From Rhynchopus sp. YZ270_cl-10 (lineage: Eukaryota), in the NCBI GenBank assembly GCA_964035575.1, contig OZ037839.1:1116001-1180000 (forward strand): a stretch of DNA of 64,000 nucleotides, given 5' to 3'. The notes beneath the pieces were generated by a model. It saw only the letters and a program-made list of their open reading frames with translations. It ran no database searches and was not told the origin of the DNA. Position 1 is the first letter of the stretch. Every line of letters starts with the position of its first letter. This document shows positions 49,663-61,216 of the stretch, in pieces. Made by a program: the position numbers and the translations under genes.

Positions 49663-52417
49663 TCACAGAGACACTGCCTTCGCTGCTTCTAGGATGGGGT
49701 GGACCTGTGCCCTCGCCACGTCTACTGCTTCCGACAGCTTCACGTACTTCCGCTCCCGTACCCCCATCTCTGCCCAACTCTCCAAAAAGCGAACCTCCTT
49801 CATCAGATACATTGTCCACACAGTTTCGTTACCCTGAAGGATTTTTTTTTAGCAAAATATTTCAAGTAATAATAATAAGAATAATTGACAAAAAGCCCTC
49901 TCGAGAGAGTGTGAGAGCACCGACCATGATTTCCCTACAATCCATTTCTATAGGTTAAAAAAAGGGGGCAGGAATACAAACACACACACACACTGGGGCC
50001 ATATTCTGCGCAAGAATTACCCCTATTAGTTATCAAACACACACACACACCTATGCACACACACCTTTTCTGACGTAATATCGAAGGTCCCTAATGGCTG
50101 TAGTACCTCGGCTTCGACACCGCCCTCCTCCTGTACCTCCCTTACGGCAGCCTCAGAAGATGTCTGTCAAACGTTTGCAGAAAAAAATGATTAAAATAAT
50201 ATTTTTGGTAGAAAGCGGTTTGTCGTCGCAATGAACTTGTTTAAAAAAAAGTTGTCATCCTGGTGTGCCAGGGTAACCGATTCCCCGTGTTTCTCCCGGT
50301 GTACGCCCCTTTGTACCTGCTGCCACACCACATCCAAATAAGTTTTGGTAGATTTGGGTAGTTTAGGGTAATTTGGCGGCTTTTTTTTAGACGCTAAATA
50401 TTCTTGGATAACTGTATTGTGCGCTAACATTGGAACAGTATTGCCGGGGTTGTACAAAACTCGCTTTAAAAGTGGATGGTTTATAGTGGTGTGGCACGCC
50501 CCAAAAAAAAAGTCAAGTTTGTGTAGTTCTTATGTAGTGCTTATGTATTGTAAAAAAGGGGGGTAAAAAAAATTTTCCCACCCTTTGTGTTAGAGCACGC
50601 CTGACGCTAAACAGCTACAAAAATCGTACTTTTCGGGCTTGGAATTCCGGTTTTTTTACACAGGAATTTAGACATTTTTCGACCTTGGTCCATGGCTGGT
50701 GGTGAAAATCATGATTTTTTTTTTGCCCACGATACGTTTCGAACATACGCGCTGCGCGCGAAAAAGGTCCTCATAAGCTCAATTCCGGAAACAAATACGG
50801 GGGAAGCGAAGTCTTCCAACTCCTCCGCCCTCCGTTTTCTCTTGAACCTGGGACGCTTGTTGCTGAGAAACAGGGCAACAGAGTGTTCAAGAATATTCCC
50901 CTGATCTCTTCGGCCTGTTCATGAAGAATCATCAGCTTCTCAATAGTGCTGTGTGAAAGGCGGTGGCGTCTCTTTGCGCAGATGTGGTCCAGGAGAGAGA
51001 ATCCTCGTTCAACAACAACGGAAGACGGGAGTGCACAACCGCAGCCTCCAAAACCCGTGCGAGAGTATCCCATTTTCCGACTTGCAATGTTCAAGAGCAA
51101 GAAGACTTCGAGAAAATTGCGTTCTGGCGAAGCCACGGTACGCAACATTTCGAAAAATCGCGCTTAAAAATGCACTTTTTTTTACAGCCAAACTATGCCA
51201 TGGGAAGGGTGTAATGCAAGCTTGCGCCGCAGGCGCACGGTACGCTACTCTTTTATTTGACCATGTCCTTCTTCTTCTTTCTCTTCATTGGGTTCTACGA
51301 GCTCCGTCCGTCAAATGGTGGGTCACAACATGCAGCAAGTTCGCAGCTATGCAAACTGCCCCCACGTTCACTTTGCATTTTTCCTTCGGGAGTCAAGTAC
51401 TGACCATATTTTACACACAAAACCTGAAAATGTCCTGTATAAACTGATACATGCATTTTAGGTCAAAAATACTCATTTCTGAGCGCAAAGTGACCCCATC
51501 ACAGCACGCACAGACTCGGAAGAACCGAAAAAGAAAAAAAATTTCCCCGATTTTTTGTAGGCAAAAATTGGTGAAAAATTTTTCCCGCCCCCCCGGACCC
51601 CCCAAAAAATAGTCACCTACAAAAAATATTTTTTCCCTTAAACACCCCCAAAAAAAAGTCATTTTTGTGTAGTTCTTATGTAGTGTATGTGTACTTGAAA
51701 AGTAGGGAAACGTGCCACACCATTATAGGGGAAAAATAACTTTTCAGTGGGTAGGGGGGGTAAACAATTTACCTCATCACGTTCCCAGCCTCCCTTCGGG
51801 ATGACCCATGTGTTTGCCTTGCGAGTAGATGATATCAATAGCACCTCAGGGTCTGCTCTATCAACATGCCGAAGCACAACCCCACCAGCCACCAACCTGC
51901 AAGCACAGATGAAGAGTCATTTAAAAAAAATGAAAAAATACATTTTCAGATATATTTTGAAGACTGGGAATCCTATCCAAAAAATTAACGTGAAATACAA
52001 AGCCCTCTCATGACAGTGCACTTTTGGTACAATGACCGGCTGTACCGGGGTGGACACCCCAACCATGCAGTCCTACAATCCATTTTCGTGGTTTATATCT
52101 GATATATGCTACTCCCGCTTCCACTCATCCAGATGAACGGGGATCATTGCAAACACAAGGACATGAATCCTGTGTGATGTAGGTTCCCGGTTGGGTTGTA
52201 AGAATAAAGAAAAGTTTATAAGATGATCCTAAGCCTCTCGTGCTTAGTCACTTTATCATATTCGTTATCGCACAGCAGAATAAAGAGGCACAACGTGTAG
52301 CAAACTGAATTGGTCACACATAGTGTAGGTAAAGGCACACCTGCGGCCAGCATCATCATAACGTTGGTTTTCCCTCCCACTGCGTGCAGGCACGACGTCA
52401 ATGTCGGTAGCTGCCAT
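49663..52417 (-). CDS. Nudix hydrolase, DIPP/Ddp1-like, 156 aa; exons 52417-52341, 51896-51773, 50163-50065, 49833-49663
   Basis: The spliced product reads MAATDIDVVPARSGRENQRYDDAGRRLVAGGVV...VLLISS...[27 protein letters not shown]... with a complete Nudix box. All junctions are GT-AG and in frame (77+124+99+171 = 471 nt). Confidence 0.92.
50900..51060 (-). pseudogene. hAT dimerisation-domain remnant inside Nudix intron 2
   Basis: LPSSVVVERGFSLLDHICAKRRHRLSHSTIEKLMILH matches P.SS..VER.FS.......R.RL. Confidence 0.75.
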
Positions 52418-53265
52418 CTGCTTTAATATTTCCTGTCGCTTTTTTTCCCCCCACCCCTTCCTTAACCTCCCCCCCCCTACCTAAGTAAAGAGCAGACTAT
52501 ATACGGTACGGTGTTGAGGAAAGGGCGGGTGCGTTAGAAACTGTAGTATACTTCTACTAAAGTGTGTGGCAGGCGGGGGTTTGAAAGTTTGTTTGTTTTG
52601 TATTGTATTTCATTGGAGTACTTTGTAAGTAGTGGGTGGCAGGGGGGGTTCGCAAAATGAAAATAGTCCGTTTTTTAAAATTATTTCATTCTTTACAATC
52701 ATTCAACAAAGGCTAGAAAAATAAAATGTACAATACTGTTTTGAAAAAAAATTGGATTAGTGTAGCTGCCAAAAATGACGCCGCAGGCAAAAAAAAATTG
52801 GGTACAGCCTGTATGGTCGGGATTTCATGGTGCGGTCAGCAACCCAGTTCCCCAAAAAAACGCAAAAAACTTTTTCTCCAAATCTGCAAAAGTTTTTTTT
52901 TTTTTTCAAAAGTGAGGTTCAGCCTCAGTTCTACTATGGTGTATAAATCTCTGACTGAAACCCCACCGATCACTACATCACCGATGGAGCTTCTTCAGTA
53001 CATTGGTGCAAAACAAAAACACCACAATTTCATCTAAAGTTGGGTTTTCAGACTAAAAATGAACCTTGTTTACGTGTATGGGTTCATATTTTGTGAAAAT
53101 TTAAGTCACTGAAATTTTGTCTATCATTCCTCAAAAACCCCACCACAAGCCGGGATTGGCTCGGAAATGCAACAAAATCACCTCTTGGGCAAAAACTACA
53201 GCAAATTCGCACTTTTTTTTGCCTTTCTCGAGACCTTCTTCGAAATTTCGGCAAAAAACGCCTGA

Positions 53266-54750
53266 CTATCGCTTTGGCATCTCAGGGGATGATGTATTGT
53301 AGAACGGAGAGTGTGGTGTGGTGCGGAGATGCGCTGCTTGGCGGCCGAGGAGGGTGGTGGAGACGCTGGCGTGGGAGAGCTGCAGACGGAGCGAGGTGTT
53401 CTCCGACTGCAGCGCTGCGTTCTGTGAGGTGAGCATGCGGACCTGCTGCTGCAACGCCAGCAGCCTCTCGGCCTCGCACTGCTGCCTCACTGCCTCTGAG
53501 TTCGCATGCGCCGCCTGGCACGAATCACTCCAATGCCTGGAAGCATCCCCCAACTCCCTCCGCAAATCGCACACCATCGAGTCCAACTCCTTGCACCGCC
53601 TCCTCGCACCATCATACTCATGCCTCGAGACAACACTCCCTGAGCGTACCGGGTTTGCACTTCGACTTCTCCTTTTCCCAAAGGTCACTCTTTGGGAGTA
53701 AACACTTTCCCGCCTCGGAATGCTGCCCAACCGGAACGACACAGTAGGCGACCCGGGAGGTGGAGATGCCGGCGTCGAAGGCGGGGACCCCCAGGAGCTT
53801 TCGCTCTCCTCCGAGGCAGAGCGGCTGGGGGAGTCGTAGTCCTCCTCCCCCTCGCTTTGCGGGGGAGGTGGGGAAGAGCCGCGTCTGCTCCGTCTTGGCG
53901 ATCCTTCGGCGAAAGAACGGATATTTGAGTATCCACTGACATCAGTTCCGACAGAGCTCTGTCTCCGCAAGCTCCGTGAGCGGGACCCTAATGACAGCCG
54001 AGGTGACCCTGGAAGTCGAACAGGAGATGCTGCCGGCTGCACCCCTTGAGGGTATGCCAGGCGTCTCAGGTATTCACCGCGTGAAGATCCGATGTGCGCG
54101 TCGTCTTTTGAGAGGTGCAGAATGTCTTCCGGTGCACCACCGTTGCTGAGGGTGTACAGTGTGGGGAGAACGCCTGCGTCAGCGACCCCAAGGTTCGCTA
54201 CAGCAAGCTTCAAAATGACTAAAAGCGCTTCATCGCGAAGCATAACATGAGGGAACTCTAGGAGAAGGTCATAAACCGGGTCATTCGTTGAGTCGTGTTG
54301 TTGCCTCGCAAAGATAACCCCTAAGCGAGCGTCGCGAAGCTGTACGACACCTTCGATGTCTTCAATCAGAGGTTTGGTGACATAGTCTGCAGCGTCGTGT
54401 TTGCATAAATAAATCCGTTTGTATCCAATGAGCAGTACCCGCTTCTTCTTAGGCTGGCCGAGGAGGGGGCGTTTCGTGTGTTTAAGGGTTTGCGTGACAT
54501 CGGAGAAGAAGTACAACGGTTTAATCGTGTTGCGAAATGCCTTTCTCTCCTTGGGTGCGGTGACGGTGCCAGGTAGTAAGGAGGCCAGCGAACGCTTTGT
54601 GGGTGCCTTCCACAGAGGAGCGTTGGGCGGGCTGCGTAAGGTAGGTATTGTCGAGGTGTTGCTGCCGACCATGCCGCTTGCGGTGTCGGACCCGGGTGCG
54701 ACAGGAAGTGTTACCTGAGATTCCTCGTCGTTGTCGTTTGGTTCTGGCAT
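53266..54750 (-). CDS. Hypothetical protein, 494 aa; possible PH-like central domain, Ser/Pro-rich linker and C-terminal coiled coil
   Basis: Long ATG-initiated ORF with an upstream polypyrimidine tract; KKRVLLIGYKRIYLC strand pattern. Confidence 0.8.
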   Translation of the reverse strand: MPEPNDNDEESQVTLPVAPGSDTASGMVGSNTSTIPTLRSPPNAPLWKAPTKRSLASLLPGTVTAPKERKAFRNTIKPLYFFSDVTQTLKHTKRPLLGQPKKKRVLLIGYKRIYLCKHDAADYVTKPLIEDIEGVVQLRDARLGVIFARQQHDSTNDPVYDLLLEFPHVMLRDEALLVILKLAVANLGVADAGVLPTLYTLSNGGAPEDILHLSKDDAHIGSSRGEYLRRLAYPQGVQPAASPVRLPGSPRLSLGSRSRSLRRQSSVGTDVSGYSNIRSFAEGSPRRSRRGSSPPPPQSEGEEDYDSPSRSASEESESSWGSPPSTPASPPPGSPTVSFRLGSIPRRESVYSQRVTFGKRRSRSANPVRSGSVVSRHEYDGARRRCKELDSMVCDLRRELGDASRHWSDSCQAAHANSEAVRQQCEAERLLALQQQVRMLTSQNAALQSENTSLRLQLSHASVSTTLLGRQAAHLRTTPHSPFYNTSSPEMPKR

Positions 54751-54851
54751 ATTCAGAGGGAGAAAGAGGAGGAGAAGGAGGGGAAGGGCAACTGAGGTGA
54801 AGTTTTTTTTTTTTTTTTTTCAAAAAAAGGGGGTGGGATGGGGTGGAAATA

Positions 54852-56255
54852 CAGTGTGACACAGAATTAATGGCCGATGAAGACATTTTATAAAAAAACG
54901 GCAAATTTTGACAAGGACATATTCAAAACACCCCCAAAACATAAAATATTTACGCCCAGGAACACAATAAAAGCAAAAATATAATGGTTAAGGGTAAAGT
55001 GAACACTGAGGCCACGAGGGAAGGGTTGCGCCTACAGGCAGCGTCGCTAGTCGTTGTTGGCGGTAAGAGCCATGATGAGGTGGCGGAGTTGCTGAACGTT
55101 GCGAAGAGGAGTTTGGGTAGGTGGGTGAAGGAGTACCGCGCTGGAGAGCGGAATTTTTCGGACAAGCCAGGGAGGGGACGCAAGAGATCGGCCACCACCG
55201 ACACCGTTAAGAATAGGGTGGTTAGACACATGCGGGGCAAGCGGTTTCAGTCTTGCAGGAAAGTAGCGTCGCGACTACAGATTTCGAGGGAGAGTGTCCG
55301 CAGGTGCCTGAAGGAGAAGGGGCTGAAGCCCGTTCAAACGAAGAGCAAACCAAAGCTCTCGGAAAAGAACATCACTGCCCGGATAGAGTTTGCTGAAACG
55401 CATCGAAACACCGACTGGTCAAAGGTGATGTTCACCGATGAAAAAGACTTTTGGCTTTTTTCTCGGGTGAGCAAGAAGAACGATGTTGTCTGGGTTGCAG
55501 ATGGTGATGAGCCGCCCCCAACCGTTGATAAGGTCAGGGCTACGCAGAAGGTTCACGTCTGGGGAGGAATCACCACCAGAGGTAAGACGAAGCTCTATTT
55601 CTATGACGGTGCTCTCAATGCAGAGAAGTACCGTACGCTCGTCTTACAGAAAGCGCTCAAAGAAATAAAAGAACTCCTGCCTGACAGTAGCTACACGTTT
55701 CAGCAGGATGGGGCACCCTGCCACACTGCGAACGTTACTCAAGCATTCCTCTCCTCCCAACCTTTCTCGTTCCTCCCTAAAGCTGACTGGCCAGGCAACT
55801 CCCCTGATCTCAATCCTATTGAGAACCTGTGGGCCAAGCTGCAGACTGCAGTCAACGAACGGGAGCCCAAAGACGTGTCAGCACTTAAACGTGCCATCAA
55901 CAAGGAATGGTCCAAGATGGACAATAGCTTCGTTGCACGTTACATCATGCCAATGCCACGACGCCTAGACGCAGTTCGCAATTCCAACGGAATGCACACA
56001 AAATACTAATGCATGCTCTATTTATTTTTGTGCACCCACTCGTTTGTACTGCTACACTGTATTTTTTTTTTTTACACATACACCCTTTTTTACCAAAAAG
56101 GGATATTTCCATGTTAATATTTTCCCCACACACACACTTTTCATACACGGCCAGTTGAAAATGCAATGAAATGAGTCAAATTTTGCCTATTTTTTAGAAT
56201 AATATAACAATTTTTACAAAATGTCGTCATCGGCCATTAATTCTGTGTCACACTG
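54852..56255 (+). mobile_element. Complete Tc1/IS630-family DNA transposon, 1404 bp, TA TSD
   Basis: TA|CAGTGTGACACAGAATTAATGGCCGATGA ... TCATCGGCCATTAATTCTGTGTCACACTG|TA: 29-bp perfect TIR, ~45 bp with 2 mismatches. Confidence 0.97.
54984..56009 (+). CDS. Tc1-family transposase, 341 aa, DD37E triad
   Basis: HTH region with a GRGRK linker; FTDEK; QQDGAPCH; WPGNSPDLNPIENLW. There are 37 residues between the second D and the E. Confidence 0.96.
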   Translation: MVKGKVNTEATREGLRLQAASLVVVGGKSHDEVAELLNVAKRSLGRWVKEYRAGERNFSDKPGRGRKRSATTDTVKNRVVRHMRGKRFQSCRKVASRLQISRESVRRCLKEKGLKPVQTKSKPKLSEKNITARIEFAETHRNTDWSKVMFTDEKDFWLFSRVSKKNDVVWVADGDEPPPTVDKVRATQKVHVWGGITTRGKTKLYFYDGALNAEKYRTLVLQKALKEIKELLPDSSYTFQQDGAPCHTANVTQAFLSSQPFSFLPKADWPGNSPDLNPIENLWAKLQTAVNEREPKDVSALKRAINKEWSKMDNSFVARYIMPMPRRLDAVRNSNGMHTKY

Positions 56256-58023
56256 TAAGCCTCCCTAACGTCTCTTAAGAAGAAGACGCGTGCTACGTTT
56301 TTTTACGGTCTTCTAAAATATGGTTTTTTAAGAATAAAATACGTAAAAGACATGGAGGAAACCGTACCTGGGAGTGGGGGGGATCTACTTGACATTTATC
56401 CCAACACCCCCACACTAACAACTAAAATCACTAAACAGTCATAAAAAGCCATTGAAAACCAACCCCCGTAGTATACCACTGTGTCTATCGCTGTTTAAAC
56501 GACACAATCAGATTCAGGCAGAACCAGACGCCTGTGAAGATTGCCCTTTCCTCACGGATCTGAGTGGGTACATGCAATGATCTTCGCTAGCAGGAACACA
56601 GAGTCATTTCGTAAGCCTGAAGAAACAAGTGGAGCTGAACGCCACCAATAAGGGGCTCCCGCATTCACCGATGGAGGCTCGCTGGTTGACCAAATGCACT
56701 GCGTTCGAGGACATTGCAGGAAACATCGATGTGTCGCGCGCCATCAACAAAACCCATTTATACCCTTCTCCACTGTTCCCCTCCAGCTAGAAACCTCTAC
56801 GAATGCATGTATGTCACCATGGTCTTTTATTCCTCTTGTACGTTCTTTAAGTCTTCTATGATTGGAGTAGACGATTGTGGGAAGGCCTAGGAGTAAGTCT
56901 CGTGAGGAAGTGTCGCCTTCAAAAAGCAAGATGGTGTTGACAATGGAAACTTCGGGTGGATTCGGGTGTCTAAGCAGTATAGAAGAGTTAACCCTTGTGG
57001 GGTTGTTTTTTTCTTTTTGTTGTGATTTGCTGTCATTATCTTATCGATAAGCTATGATTTGATGTGTATTGTTTGGTTGGCATTGAGAGGCATTTGAGTG
57101 ATACATGAAGTGTGGAGCACAGCAAAATCAAAATTGTAAGGGTTAATCAATAGGGTCATCGAGGCTAATGACATGGTATGGACCTTGCAATGTCCGACAC
57201 GACGAACCAAATGATAAGATAAACAATGTTTGAGGGGGCGGGGAAAATGACTTTTTTTTTATTTCATTCATTTCCGGTCCTGAGACCAGATTTTTTCTAC
57301 CTACCTTCAGCCCAGTCCGTGATGTCAAATGTTGTTCCAAAACTGACAACTGAACGTTTATTTCAAAGAAATGGGGCCCTTTTTTTTGCGGCAATAAAAT
57401 AATTTTCTTTATGATTTCTGGCAACCATTTTCTCTTACTTAGACGTTCCATGATACTTTTTGCACACAAAAACATCCTGAGGTCAGTGTTCCGATTTAAC
57501 GGCTGAATCGGATGAGAAAGGTCACGTCAAACAAGACGAAGTACTTTTAGCATATGCCCGTGCATTTAAAGAGAAATTCTGTAGTACCACAACTCACAAA
57601 AAAAAAAAAATAACAAAAAATTGCACACAAAGAAATGAAAAAAATGGGAATATTTTGCGAATTTGAGAGGGAAAAAAAAGGGGGGGGGGAAACCCTCCGT
57701 GAAAGATGCAATACACCCCACGAGTAAAAAGACATCTTTAAAAAAAAATGGGTCAATGTCGTCTAATTGCCCTCCGCCTCAGGAGTGGAACTAGGGCCTC
57801 AATGTTCAAAGAGATGACTAATCCTCAACAACAACAACAACAACAACAACAATGGTATTCTTTTTTCCTTGAAAACTTGGTTGTATTAGTGTAGACACCC
57901 GAGGATGAACTCTACTATATTATATTTTCTTTTTTGGAAGAGCTAAGATACGCACAGAGCACATTTCACCTGCTATCACAAAGATAGCAACCACGATTGG
58001 CAACAAAACAAAAAGGAAAATTT

Positions 58024-58060
<37 letters not shown>

Positions 58061-58078
58061 GATCCTAAGCACTGCTTA

Positions 58079-58582
58079 CTGGGGGGGGCCGAATAGTGGA
58101 CCCCCCCTGAATAGTAGACCCCCCTTGAATAGTAGACCCCCCCTGGGAATTCTGGGTTTTTTTAAATTTTTTTTCCTTTGAATAGTGGACCCCCCCTGAG
58201 AAATTCTGGGGGAAAATTTTTTTTTCCGCTGAATAGTGGACCCCCCCCAGGTTTTCGTTTTTTTTGACTTTTTGCGGAAGTCGCGGAAAAATTTTAGAGG
58301 GGATCAACTACAAATTTCAAATTGATTTTTCTTTCTTTGGATAGATTTTGTGACAAATCTTTCCAAAGAAGCAAAAATCAGTATATTTTGACACACCCTA
58401 TCAGCCTCATCGACAGGAGGGTTTTAGTAAAAATACAGAAAAAAAATTTTGGGGGGGTCTACTATTTAGGGGGGGTCTACTATTCAACTTGGAAAAAAAA
58501 ATTTTTTTTTCTGAGACCCCCGATTTATACCCGTCGGTTCGCCTAATAGTGGACCCGGGGTCTACTATTCGGCCCCCCCCAG
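58079..58582. mobile_element. 504-bp MITE with TA flanks and ~25-bp TIRs (Tc1/mariner/pogo-type)
   Basis: TA|CTGGGGGGGGCCGAATAGTGGACCC ... GGGTCTACTATTCGGCCCCCCCCAG|TA, with internal GAATAGTRGACCCC repeats. Confidence 0.85.
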
Positions 58583-59298
58583 TAAGTCATCTTAAAAGGG
58601 TTTTGCTAGCTGAAAGAACCGCAAGGGTGCGGGGTTCAGACACTAACAATAAAACAAAACAAAAACAAAAACAAAAACAAACGGAACAAAAAAGACATAA
58701 CTGAACAATTTATTAAATTTACGTATTTTTTTTTTTTGATGAAACGAGCCAGGCCTCACGCTAACCGCTCAGCGTTCCAAAAAAAAAAAAAAAAAATGTT
58801 TGATTATAGACTACTATCACAAGATAGCCACGGGAACAAACTGAGCTAGCGTGAGAGACCTGTAAATGAATGGATAAACGAGCAGATACATGAGAGGATC
58901 GACAACATTGCCGTCTCCCCCTCCCCCTTTCGCATGACGGTGAAGGAAATAACTTTTCTTGTGGTTTCACCGTTGGCTGACAACCAGGAAACCGCAAATC
59001 AATTCATTCCCTTCATCATTGTACACCAAAAACCCAAAAAAAAAAACACCTTCCCGCAGTTAGTACACTAGGCTGGCAGCTTTAACCTCCATTGTGTTTG
59101 CAGACCAACTTGAAAATAGAAAATAGAACGAAAGGACACGGAGTTGGTTCTTCTTCGACACATCATGGTGTGACAAAAAGAAAAAATCTTCCGTTTGTCC
59201 TTCTAGTTGCACCTGAAGTTTTCTATTTTCCCCCTTTTTTGCACTTTTTTTTTGTGTCACGACTGTAACACAGCAAAAAAAAAAAGGGGGTCTTTTTT

Positions 59299-59616
59299 TT
59301 AAAGGTTCCATTGGTCAGGTTTTTTCTTGGTTGAGGGGCCGGAGTAGTCAGTTTTTTTATAGCTGATGGTCATGCCACAGCCTTTGCAGATTCGGACACC
59401 GCAGCAGTTCCGGATGGGTGCACATGAATTGCAGACGACGACGCCACACCGTCTACAGTGGTGTTTCCTCTTCAGGAGCCGGATGAAGCCCACGTCGCAC
59501 ACCTTGCACCGCTTGCGGTCTGTATCAGCCTCCCATCTTTGCTGCAAGACCATCGGTCCACAGCACTTCACCTGCTCCGGTGTTGCAGCTTTTCCTTTGT
59601 GAACAACTTCGCTCAT
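59299..59616 (-). CDS. Small FYVE zinc-finger protein, 105 aa
   Basis: WEAD...CKVC...[19 protein letters not shown]...RICKGC contains the WxxD, R(R/K)HHCR and RxC motifs. Confidence 0.85.
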   Translation of the reverse strand: MSEVVHKGKAATPEQVKCCGPMVLQQRWEADTDRKRCKVCDVGFIRLLKRKHHCRRCGVVVCNSCAPIRNCCGVRICKGCGMTISYKKTDYSGPSTKKKPDQWNL

Positions 59617-59667
59617 AGTATTGTGTGATATATAATAATTATTCTAAAACAGTAAAAATGAGGAAAA

Positions 59668-60697
59668 GGAGGGGGAGGGGGAGGGGGAGGGGGAGGGGGA
59701 GGGGGAGGGGGAGGGGGAGGGGGAGGGGGAGGGGGAGGGGGAGGGGGAGGGGGAGGGGGAGGGGGAGGGGGAGGGGGAGGGGGAGGGGGAGGGGGAGGGG
59801 GAGGGGGAGGGGGAGGGGGAGGGGGAGGGGGAGGGGGAGGGGGAGGGGAGGGGGAGGGGGAGGGGGAGGGGGAGGGGGAGGGGGAGGGGGAGGGGGAGGG
59901 GGAGGGGGAGGGGGAGGGGGAGGGGGAGGGGGAGGGGGAGGGGGAGGGGGAGGGGGAGGGGGAGGGGGAGGGGGAGGGGGAGGGGGAGGGGGAGGGGGAG
60001 GGGGAGGGGGAGGGGGAGGGGGAGGGGGAGGGGGAGGGGGAGGGGGAGGGGGAGGGGGAGGGGGAGGGGGAGGGGGAGGGGGAGGGGGAGGGGGAGGGGG
60101 AGGGGGAGGGGGAGGGGGAGGGGGAGGGGGAGGGGGAGGGGGAGGGGGAGGGGGAGGGGGAGGGGGAGGGGGAGGGGGAGGGGGAGGGGGAGGGGGAGGG
60201 GGAGGGGGAGGAAGGTGGGAGGGGGAGGGGGAGGGGGAGGGGAGGGGGAGGGGGAGGGGGAGGGGGAGGGGGAGGGGGAGGGGGAGGGGGAGGGGAGGGG
60301 GAGGGGGAGGGGGAGGGGGAGGGGGAGGGGGAGGGGGAGGGGGAGGGGGAGGGGGAGGGGGAGGGGGAGGGGGAGGGGGAGGGGGAGGGGGAGGGGGAGG
60401 GGGAGGGGGAGGGGGAGGGGGAGGGGGAGGGGAGGGGGAGGGGGAGGGGGAGGGGGAGGGGGAGGGGGAGGGGGAGGGGGAGGGGGAGGGGGAGGGGGAG
60501 GAGGGTGGGAGGGGGAAGGGGGAGGGGGAGGGGGAGGGGGAGGGGGAGGGGGAGGGGGAGGGGGAGGGGGAGGGGGAGGGGGAGGGGGAGGGGGAGGGGG
60601 AGGGGGAGGGGGAGGGGGAGGGGGAGGGGGAGGGGGAGGGGGAGGGGGAGGGGGAGGGGGAGGGGGAGGGGGAGGGGGAGGGGGAGGGGGAGGGGGA
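59668..60697. repeat. ~1-kb (GGGGGA)n hexamer array with rare 5-mer or variant units
   Basis: Read directly. Confidence 0.98.
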
Positions 60698-61101
60698 GAT
60701 CTGGTGTACAAATAGTGATCCGTCGATGAGGTCCTGAAAGCGCAACAAAAACAATGTGAGGAGGGGTTTCGTTTATTGTGACGTACGAGGGAAGGAAAAC
60801 ACACCGGGGAAACAAATTTGTGGAAAAAATTCCTGATGAAGGTGGTGTGTTTTGACTTTCCCGTTCCAACCTTTGCAGAGCAAAGAGGTAATAAAAGCAA
60901 AAATGGACCAAAGCATCTTATACTATCATCTACAGTAACACCAGATCTCCCCATGTCGCAGCAAAGCTGCTTTAACAAGTTAACTGGGGAGGAGATCTGG
61001 TGTACAAATAGTGATCCGTCGATGAGGTCCTGAAAGCGCAACAAAAACAATGTGAGGAGGGGTTTCGTTTATTGTGACGTACGAGGGAAGGAAAACACAC
61101 C
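60695..61101 (-). repeat. Split direct repeats: identical 111-bp copies (60695-60805, 60991-61101) around a 185-bp spacer
   Basis: GGAGATCTGGTGTACAAATAG...GGAAAACACACC occurs twice, downstream of the RT ORF. Confidence 0.93.
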
Positions 61102-61216
61102 ATATACCGCTTTGGTACATCGTTTCCAGTCCGATTGACATGTGTACGACCACCACACTCTTTTGAAGAAAGGACAAGAGAAAAAGAGAAAGAATAAAAG
61201 AAATCACAAATGCATA

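Noticed and set aside
54852..56255. Possible TnpB/Fanzor cargo in the Tc1/IS630-like element
   Set aside because: The transposase fills the element, leaving no room or RuvC motifs for a second ORF.
56600..56760. PMEARWLTKCTAFEDI as a possible hAT 'TRW' motif
   Set aside because: Too short and without supporting motifs.
59668..60697. (GGGGGA)n as a true telomere
   Set aside because: It is internal, with unique sequence on both sides, and is not a TTAGGG-type unit.
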